NCBI GenBank assembly: GCA_038878295.1
Contig: JAVZVY010000001.1
Span: forward strand, 32,001 to 96,000
DNA length: 64,000 nt
Origin: Candidatus Micrarchaeaceae archaeon
GTDB taxonomy: Archaea > Micrarchaeota > Micrarchaeia > Micrarchaeales > CABMGC01
Direction: 5' to 3'
The translations under genes and the position numbers were made by a program. Below the pieces are notes generated by a model, which saw only the letters and a program-made list of their open reading frames with translations, did not search any database and was not told the DNA's origin. This document shows positions 29,566-36,817 of this stretch, piece after piece (positions within the stretch are counted from its first letter, which is position 1; each line of letters begins with the position of its first letter).

Positions 29566-31035
29566 TTAGGATGCCGTAACGTTTGCAGTTGCGTATGCGC
29601 CCTCTTCGCCAATCAGCACAACTTTATAGGTAGCTCCTGGTATTGGAGTTATGATTAAGTGGCCGTTTGCATACTCTATCTTTCCTGAAAATGAAAATGT
29701 TGCCTGGCTTCCTGGTGAAAGCACGTAGCCTACATTTCCCTCAAACATTTGATCAGAGTTGAAAGGTAGTGCAAGCGTGCCGTTAGATTCCACTATGAAG
29801 TTCAGCACGCGCATGTGCTGCTGCTCAAACTTTATCCTTTCTGCGGCCATTTCCTGGAATTTCTCAGAGAACTGGCTGACATTCAGGCCAAGCGCACTGG
29901 CATTCTGCGAAATCAGCTTCCAGTCATTGTATACGTTGCTCCAGTGATCCTCGACTTCGCCAAGGTTGCTGCTGCTGTTGACCATAATGCTGAAGTTCGC
30001 TGCCATGCTGGCATCTTCGCCTCTTAACTTGCCTGCGTATTCAGATATGTAAGCGCTTACGTTCGCCGAGCTGTTTACATCGATGCCATGTTTTTCCGCT
30101 GACTGTATGAGCGCAGATGTGGCGATTGAAACATTTGGAATATTAGCACCGAGCGCGTCAGATATTTCAGAGATGTTAAAGTTGTATGGCTCGCCGGGAT
30201 GAGATTTAAAATTGAAGCCGCCCTGATTGTCTTCGAATGGCTGCATAGGCACGATTATTTTCGAGAGAGCTATTGATTCGTTTCCGAAAAGCATAATGTG
30301 GTTTATCGTTACGCTACTATTCGAACCATCCTTGACGGTTACGGAGAATGAAGTGGTGTTGTTTGCGCCTAAGGAAAGGGATTCTGAAAGTATTGTAAGA
30401 TTTGGTTTTATCTTTTCAATCTCGTGTTTGTACGTCTGAGTAAGCTTATAAACTGTTCCCGGCGCTTTAACAGATACGTTTGCTGATGGCACTACAACAG
30501 CTTTTAATGACGGCACGAGCACAAATATAGTTGAATTTGTCGAATATATTGTTACCACAGTGGGCGAAAGATCCGCAAGCAGGCTCGATGTAGCATTGAC
30601 TTTGCCCTTCGCAATCACGGCATTTACCTGTTGCTTAGGTATGGTTACAGGATAGACTGTGCCATTAATTGCTATGCTCGCAGAGGTTATGTTGAACTGC
30701 ACGATATTTATGCTAGAGTTTATTGGCAGATTGGCTGCACCTATAATCTCGGTAAAGTTTACCAAACGTATTAGGTCTATAGTTCCGGAACTTGAAACAT
30801 TTACCCAACCAGACGCGTTTCCTGCGCCAGTATAGTGGACGCGAAGCGAAGAGTAAGAGATGTTCAAAGAGGTTGTTCCGGTTGGCACGTATGGCGGATC
30901 CGCGAGCTGTATCGGAACAGCGATTAAGGATGAGATTACCGGTTTCGCGGGAGCGCTGGGCTGTGAAACAGCTACGTATACCACTATGCCTATTATTACA
31001 ACAATCGCGATTACGTACCAAATGGCTCTGTTCAT
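29566..31035 (-). CDS. Membrane-anchored surface protein with a DUF4382-like domain
   Basis: N-terminal TM after MNRAIWY; IQLADPP...SLRVH...TIDLIRL; many N-x-S/T sequons. Confidence 0.7.
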   Translation of the reverse strand: MNRAIWYVIAIVVIIGIVVYVAVSQPSAPAKPVISSLIAVPIQLADPPYVPTGTTSLNISYSSLRVHYTGAGNASGWVNVSSSGTIDLIRLVNFTEIIGAANLPINSSINIVQFNITSASIAINGTVYPVTIPKQQVNAVIAKGKVNATSSLLADLSPTVVTIYSTNSTIFVLVPSLKAVVVPSANVSVKAPGTVYKLTQTYKHEIEKIKPNLTILSESLSLGANNTTSFSVTVKDGSNSSVTINHIMLFGNESIALSKIIVPMQPFEDNQGGFNFKSHPGEPYNFNISEISDALGANIPNVSIATSALIQSAEKHGIDVNSSANVSAYISEYAGKLRGEDASMAANFSIMVNSSSNLGEVEDHWSNVYNDWKLISQNASALGLNVSQFSEKFQEMAAERIKFEQQHMRVLNFIVESNGTLALPFNSDQMFEGNVGYVLSPGSQATFSFSGKIEYANGHLIITPIPGATYKVVLIGEEGAYATANVTAS

Positions 31036-31119
31036 CGAATCGATATATTTATGAAAAACATTAATAATGGTTCCGCTTCGCTTCGGCCGAATGGATGGCG
31101 CTCGCAAAGCTGAAAATCT

Positions 31120-31476
31120 TCAGTTGTTAGCATCTTTCGTTCTTTTGAAAAGAATTTCGAAAGAGCTTTTGTTCCCGGCTTCGATGATATTAAATTCCAT
31201 TTTGTAATTATGCATGTTTTCAGCGATGTACCGGATCTCCTCTATGTGTTTATCTACCGGCAGCACGATATTCAGGTTTTTGCTATAGTCCACAATCGGA
31301 TGCAGGGTAAGCATTATGGAACTAGTTTCATATAGGAATTGAAAAGTGGGAGCCTCAGAACTATCAATAGCTTTCTTTATCCTTTCGGCTGTTGCCTCGT
31401 CTATATCGTATTTTAGATATATGTATGCTACTCCGGTGATTTTTTCTTTCTTGAATGTTGCGCCAGCCATGGCCAT
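31120..31476 (-). CDS. Hypothetical protein downstream of the 905-aa gene
   Basis: 118-aa ORF starting 10 bp after the upstream stop codon. Confidence 0.65.
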   Translation of the reverse strand: MAMAGATFKKEKITGVAYIYLKYDIDEATAERIKKAIDSSEAPTFQFLYETSSIMLTLHPIVDYSKNLNIVLPVDKHIEEIRYIAENMHNYKMEFNIIEAGNKSSFEILFKRTKDANN

Positions 31477-31486
31477 TCACAAGTTA

Positions 31487-34204
31487 TCATGATTTAACAT
31501 TATGCACAACATTATTCTGAGTGGTCTTGATCGAGAAGTTTTCTTTTCTGAAAGCAGCGTATAGCGGCTCTTCTAGCTCTCTGTTTCTTTCCAGTGTTGC
31601 TCGCAATATTGGCTTGTACGTGCTTTTGATTGTTTTGTTATTATGCAAATCGATTTCGGTTATTGCAAATCCTCTTGTTGCATCGCTTATCGCTTGCGGA
31701 AATTCAGAGACATACGTGTTTTCGTCTTCATACTGCATTGCCGGAGTTTCAAACGTTTGAAGATCGCCGCTTATAGTATGCTTAGGCTCGTGGTAGTGAG
31801 CCTCAAACACAGCTGCGACAGGCACACGTTTTTGCAGTATCGCTTGCGGCTTTTGTTCGAGTGCTCTGGCAAGTTTATGCTGAACCCTTATTGTATCTTC
31901 ATTATCTATGTTTATGTTGCCTATGCCATAGTCTTCTCCAGTAACAACTATTACTCTGCCTTCACTTACGCCTTTGCCTTTCAGGTAGAGTTTGATTATG
32001 CCAGCTAGTTCAGTGGCCTCATCGTACTCGTGTGTTTTGTTTGTTTTATTGAAGTGATTGCCACTGACTATCCATATATAGCCATTTTTGTTTATAGTTT
32101 CATCTATTACTGGCAAAAGTTTTTGAATTACAGATTCAGCTTGGGCACTTATGGTTTGTATGATGCTCACTCTGTTGAAGAACTTGACAAGCTCTGCGTT
32201 TATCTGATCGCCACTTAATCCGAGCTTTTGGAGATAGTTACGATATTCGTAGAAGGTGTTTGGCAATGTAAGCTGCTGTGGCGAATTTTTGAAGTTTGCT
32301 AGGTTACCTTCTATTATGTCACCATTAAGCAGCAATATTGGAATCCTACTAGAATCCAAATTGTGTATGTACTCTTTGCCTTTTTGTACAGCTTTTTCAA
32401 GCAAATCGTTTTCGGCCCAGCCACCCTCGTGGATGTCGCTCATTGCAACCACTGCAAGTTTCTTGATGTTATTTGGAATCTCCTTAGCCGCATATGGTAT
32501 AAGCTCCAATATCTGCTTTGTTGAAAGCTTCGGAATTTCGTAACTCTTTAACTCTGATGGTCTCTTTTGCTCCAGGATGAGTTTTTCCAGTTTTGGGTCT
32601 TTGACTATCTCTTCGGCTTCCGTATCTGCAGTATGACTGCTTTGCGCAGTTTTGTTTGCTTTTTTGAGTTTGATCAGTTCTGTTGCCACGGCAAGCTCTC
32701 TTTTGTCGGCTTCAATGCGTTTTATCTTTAGAAACTCGCTCGTGATTGAGGTATGCGCAACAGAGCCATCTGGAAATATATCAACTATGCTTGCTGAAGA
32801 ATCTGGAGGGAGCTTTTCTACGGTTTTTGTGGTTCTTGTGATTATTTTTTGGTTATACAGCTCGCCAAGCGCTTCTCTGTCTGCAAATGTGCCTTTTGCG
32901 AGCGATACGAATATTTTTTCCCTGTCAAGATCTAAAGTTGGCTCAATGGAGAATGATGTAAAAACATTTCCGCCGCTGATGAGCATTGTTAAAGGTTTCT
33001 GCAATACTTCCCTTTTGCCTATTGTTTCAACATACTTGTAAAAGTTGTCAGCGGCTAAGGTGTTGCTATTTTTATTGTACATCTTTGATGATGTGCCTAG
33101 TATCGGCTCCGCCTTCAATGCTATTGTGAATTCAAAGCCGTTTAGCTTTTTTTCTAAAAATTTTATGTCTTTCTCTTGTATCGTGACTCTGTGCTTCCTG
33201 TCTATGTCTTTTATGAGAGAGTAATAGTCGATCTTCGCAAGATTATATATCATCTTTTCAATGTCTGGCTTGCTTCGCACATTGTGCGTAAACGCTTCTA
33301 TGTGCGCCGATCCGCGCCTTACCATTGATTCAAATTCAAGATTCCCTAACTCGCGAAGTCGCTTGTTCGCGGCTCTTATCAAGTTCGATATCGCTTTTTT
33401 TTCACTTGTAGCTTTCTGAAAGGCTTCTTCGCTGCCATTGCCATTGTTTAGGGATCTGGTCTTTTCACGCTTCTCGTCGAGCTCTTTTTTCAACTTTGCT
33501 ATCATCGCTTTGAGTTTATCCTGACTTAGCCTTTCCACGTGCGCTTCCACCAGCTCTTTCAGCATCTTAGCTCTTTCCTTATATTCCGCACGCTCTGCCT
33601 CGTTGATCTTAAGCTTCTCATTTGCATTCCTGTATTCCTCGATCAACCTCTCGTCTTTTGGATTTTTATCAATCTGCTCCCTAAGTGCCGCAATCGAAGC
33701 TTTTGTGCTTTTTATTATCGCTGATGAGGCGCTGATGCTTGTATACATCCTTTCAAGCTCATTCTGAAGCCATTTATGCCGGTGGCTATAGGCTATGCGC
33801 AAGTCTCTTGCTATAGCCTCTATATTTTGTGAATCCGCAATTCCAGGCACAAAATATATTTCCGGATCATTAAGGGCTTTGTTTAATCTTTCAACATGCG
33901 GTTTGATTATTGCAGGCACGCTTACCATGAAGTTGATGCCCTCTTTAATCATAAGAAGTTGACTTTCGTGCTCATATTGTGGAATCCAGGGGATAAGTCC
34001 CGAATGCCCGCCGAAGTATACAACCATGTCTGGTTTTTGCACATTAGGGTCATTGAAATATTCTGCCAGGCCTATAAAATTGTCTGGGCTGAAAGCATAC
34101 GTACCGGCAAAGAGATCGGATAGAACAAGAATTCTATATGGACGCGCGCCACCCTTTACGGGCGTGTTTAGCGAAATAGGAGTTTCCGCTATTTTATCCC
34201 CCAC
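31487..34204 (-). CDS. Large protein: degenerate metallophosphoesterase + coiled coil + intact metallophosphoesterase domain
   Basis: C-terminal SDIHEG / NGDIIEG / SGNH / QH / AHYH; N-terminal LSDLF / FGG / VPG; long K/E-rich helical region. Confidence 0.8.
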   Translation of the reverse strand: MGDKIAETPISLNTPVKGGARPYRILVLSDLFAGTYAFSPDNFIGLAEYFNDPNVQKPDMVVYFGGHSGLIPWIPQYEHESQLLMIKEGINFMVSVPAIIKPHVERLNKALNDPEIYFVPGIADSQNIEAIARDLRIAYSHRHKWLQNELERMYTSISASSAIIKSTKASIAALREQIDKNPKDERLIEEYRNANEKLKINEAERAEYKERAKMLKELVEAHVERLSQDKLKAMIAKLKKELDEKREKTRSLNNGNGSEEAFQKATSEKKAISNLIRAANKRLRELGNLEFESMVRRGSAHIEAFTHNVRSKPDIEKMIYNLAKIDYYSLIKDIDRKHRVTIQEKDIKFLEKKLNGFEFTIALKAEPILGTSSKMYNKNSNTLAADNFYKYVETIGKREVLQKPLTMLISGGNVFTSFSIEPTLDLDREKIFVSLAKGTFADREALGELYNQKIITRTTKTVEKLPPDSSASIVDIFPDGSVAHTSITSEFLKIKRIEADKRELAVATELIKLKKANKTAQSSHTADTEAEEIVKDPKLEKLILEQKRPSELKSYEIPKLSTKQILELIPYAAKEIPNNIKKLAVVAMSDIHEGGWAENDLLEKAVQKGKEYIHNLDSSRIPILLLNGDIIEGNLANFKNSPQQLTLPNTFYEYRNYLQKLGLSGDQINAELVKFFNRVSIIQTISAQAESVIQKLLPVIDETINKNGYIWIVSGNHFNKTNKTHEYDEATELAGIIKLYLKGKGVSEGRVIVVTGEDYGIGNINIDNEDTIRVQHKLARALEQKPQAILQKRVPVAAVFEAHYHEPKHTISGDLQTFETPAMQYEDENTYVSEFPQAISDATRGFAITEIDLHNNKTIKSTYKPILRATLERNRELEEPLYAAFRKENFSIKTTQNNVVHNVKS

Positions 34205-34307
34205 GCTAATACTTTGCAGAAAAAGTATAAAAAGCCGTGCCGATTTGTGTGTTTATTGAATTTTATCCTGGTTTACCAGATTATACAATGCGCCTAGTCT
34301 TGCAATG

Positions 34308-35006
34308 CTATGCAGTCAGTGCGTCGAGGGCTATTTTAGCTGCGAAATTTATTTGTTTTGACAGGTCCTTCGAACTAAGAAGCGGCGTCCTTAAGACAAC
34401 ATTGTCTGAAGCGACAAGAAGCGCCGCAGCTCTGACCTTTCTATACTCGGCGAGCTTGAAGAGGGCTGCTGCTTCCATTTCTACTCCTATAAATCTCCTG
34501 TCCTTTAAAATATCTTCCTCAGAATAAAATGCATTAGATGAAAATATGGGGCCTTTGAAGAACTTTTGGCCGCTTTTTAACAGTAGTTTCTCTATCCTTG
34601 AGCTAAGTGATTTGTCTGGGTAAAAAACGGTGCTTTTGAGTTTCGGAAAATATTCCCAGAGTGTGCCACCTTTTTTGCATGATGCAGAAGTTGCTAGTAT
34701 TATGTCGCCGTATTTTATCTCTCTGATCAGGCCGCCGGCTGTGCCAAGCCTTATTATGCTTCTGCCGCCATATGCGATAACCTCTTCAAGGGCTATTGCC
34801 ATTGATGGCATGCCTATGCCGTGCGAGACAAGGCTTATTCTTTTCCCATTATAAGTGCCTGTATAAACAAGAAATCTTGTTTTGTTTAAAAGCTTAGCTC
34901 CTTTGAGAAGGCGTGACAACATTTTAATTCTATCAGCATCGCCAGCAACTATTACGCGTTCTGCCATTGCGCCTTTTTTTATCTTGATGTGCTGCGGCGT
35001 AATCAT
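34308..35006 (-). CDS. Purine/uridine nucleoside phosphorylase (PNP/UDP family)
   Basis: HGIGMPS, IIRLGTAG, VEMEAA and VASD. Confidence 0.9.
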   Translation of the reverse strand: MITPQHIKIKKGAMAERVIVAGDADRIKMLSRLLKGAKLLNKTRFLVYTGTYNGKRISLVSHGIGMPSMAIALEEVIAYGGRSIIRLGTAGGLIREIKYGDIILATSASCKKGGTLWEYFPKLKSTVFYPDKSLSSRIEKLLLKSGQKFFKGPIFSSNAFYSEEDILKDRRFIGVEMEAAALFKLAEYRKVRAAALLVASDNVVLRTPLLSSKDLSKQINFAAKIALDALTA

Positions 35007-35899
35007 AATTTCATCTCTAACAATTCTCTAACTAATTTTATAACCATTTTGGAAGGGAAGCGGTTGCCAGTGTATAATGAGTGGCCTGCGCCTTTGATCA
35101 AGGTGACGGATACGAGATTTCTATTTTCTTTTAGGCGTTCTGCAGCTTTTCTGATAGGAATGACCATATACTCGTCTTTTGTGCCAAAAATTGCTGCAAT
35201 AGGGATGTTAATGGATTTGAACTCTCTCATGCTTCCTTTATAGTCCAGAATTCTGCCTTCGATGCTCTTTTCATCAGCTGTACTTAGAAACCTTGATGCT
35301 GATATAGGCCACTGGCCTTTTGGCATTATCTCTTTTGGCATTATTGCATATGGATCTTTACGTTTCAGCACTTTTGCTATGCGCAAACTCCTATAGAAAT
35401 CCTTTTTGTGGCGTTTGTAATTCCATATGTCATAGCTTCTGTCATCAACAGGGCTTAGAAGTATGAGACCTTTGATTATCTTTGTTATGCGCTTTTTCCT
35501 ATTTTTGTAAAGGAAGTATATGGCTTTCTGGCAGCCTGTGCTTTTGCCTATGATTATGACTTCCTTAAAACCCATCTTTTTAAGAAATGAAAGAGCACCG
35601 TATATGTCATGCGCAGAGTCTTCAAACTTTTCGAATGCTGCGCCAGCAAGTATTCTCTTGCCTGTTTCTCCAAAACTAAACTCTTCTGCAATATAGCTTC
35701 CGCGCTGCTGTATAGACAGCAGAGCTATACCTTCATTGCAAGCCGATTTTGCTATGCTCATTGCCGTAGGGGTATAGAAATTGCCGCCAAGGCCATGAAG
35801 ATATAATATCGCCTTACCACTGCTTCTTTTTGGTGCAAATAACGCAGCGGCTAAGCTGATTTTGTCTTTCGCATCAAAATACACTATCTTCACTTTCAT
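35003..35899 (-). CDS. Alpha/beta hydrolase (DUF1749-like)
   Basis: LHGLGGNF, GKSTGCQK nucleophile elbow, GTKDEY and GAGH. Confidence 0.82.
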   Translation of the reverse strand: MKVKIVYFDAKDKISLAAALFAPKRSSGKAILYLHGLGGNFYTPTAMSIAKSACNEGIALLSIQQRGSYIAEEFSFGETGKRILAGAAFEKFEDSAHDIYGALSFLKKMGFKEVIIIGKSTGCQKAIYFLYKNRKKRITKIIKGLILLSPVDDRSYDIWNYKRHKKDFYRSLRIAKVLKRKDPYAIMPKEIMPKGQWPISASRFLSTADEKSIEGRILDYKGSMREFKSINIPIAAIFGTKDEYMVIPIRKAAERLKENRNLVSVTLIKGAGHSLYTGNRFPSKMVIKLVRELLEMKL

Positions 35900-35907
35900 G
35901 CGCTCAG

Positions 35908-36333
35908 CTATCTCCCATATGTTGATACAATCTTGCTTATGATTTTTCTTGTTGCAGTTAGGTCGTCTCCAACATATTTGCCTATCCTCACAACCTTTAC
36001 CCTAAGCCCGCGCTTTAGGCATTCCTTTTCTATCTTCTTCTCATCGAATTTCTGATCGTAGCCGAGCGCGATAATGTCCGGTTTTACTTCTTCCACGGTT
36101 TTGAATATATCATCTTCATCGCCAAGCCTTGCAGAATCCACAACGTTCAGGACCGATATGATTCTCAGTCTTGTGTCTTCGTTCATTAGTGGTCTGTGTT
36201 TTAGTTTTTTGGCTGTCGAATCTCTTGCCACAACAACGACAAGCTCGTCGCCAAGTTTCTTTGCTTCCTTCAGAAAGTATATGTGGCCGGGATTTATTAT
36301 ATCGAATACGCCTGTAGCCATCACTTTTGTCAA
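35908..36333 (-). CDS. ribL: Archaeal FAD synthase (cytidylyltransferase family)
   Basis: VMATGVFDIINPGH, VVVVARD and PDIIALGYDQ. Confidence 0.88.
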   Translation of the reverse strand: MTKVMATGVFDIINPGHIYFLKEAKKLGDELVVVVARDSTAKKLKHRPLMNEDTRLRIISVLNVVDSARLGDEDDIFKTVEEVKPDIIALGYDQKFDEKKIEKECLKRGLRVKVVRIGKYVGDDLTATRKIISKIVSTYGR

Positions 36334-36358
36334 GAGCTCACTTCGTTAGAGATTAAGG

Positions 36359-36431
36359 CGCCTCGGTCGGGATTCGAACCCGAGTCGCAAGCGTGACAGG
36401 CTCGCATGCTGGACCACTACACTACCGAGGC
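36359..36431 (-). tRNA. tRNA-Asp(GTC)
   Basis: GCCTCGG...CGAGC-CTGTCAC-GCTTG...GGTTCGAATCC...CCGAGGCG. Confidence 0.95.
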
Positions 36432-36438
36432 ATCAGCC

Positions 36439-36654
36439 TTATCTCTTAAAATTTCTTATCTTCTTCTGAAGGTAGGTTTTTCTTATGTCCTCATGAAGGT
36501 TGTTAACTGAAATGCTTCTATCGCGCATCAAGCTTTTAATGCTGCACTGTTCCGCAATCTCCTTTGCAAATGCATATGCAGCCAGTATACCAAATGCTAC
36601 TGCTGTGCCTATATATATGTAATCATTGAGCTGCAGTATTGATATTATTTCCAT
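36439..36654 (-). CDS. Small single-TM protein
   Basis: 71 aa with one hydrophobic helix and a basic C-terminus; lies between two tRNA genes. Confidence 0.5.
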   Translation of the reverse strand: MEIISILQLNDYIYIGTAVAFGILAAYAFAKEIAEQCSIKSLMRDRSISVNNLHEDIRKTYLQKKIRNFKR

Positions 36655-36686
36655 TGCATTGCTTCATTGCCTTCAATCATTATGAA

Positions 36687-36774
36687 TCCCGTTGGGGTGA
36701 ATTGAACACCCAACCTGCCGGTAACCACTCAAGCAAGCTACAGCCGGCCGCTCTAGCCATTGAGCTACAACGGG
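36687..36774 (-). tRNA. tRNA-Tyr(GTA) with a 15-nt intron at 37/38 (36723-36737)
   Basis: C1:G72 acceptor stem with A73; GCCGG-CTGTAG|A-CCGGC anticodon arm. Confidence 0.9.
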
Positions 36775-36817
36775 CTAACGCACATATTTATTATATTTAT
36801 AGATAGCTATAAAAATT

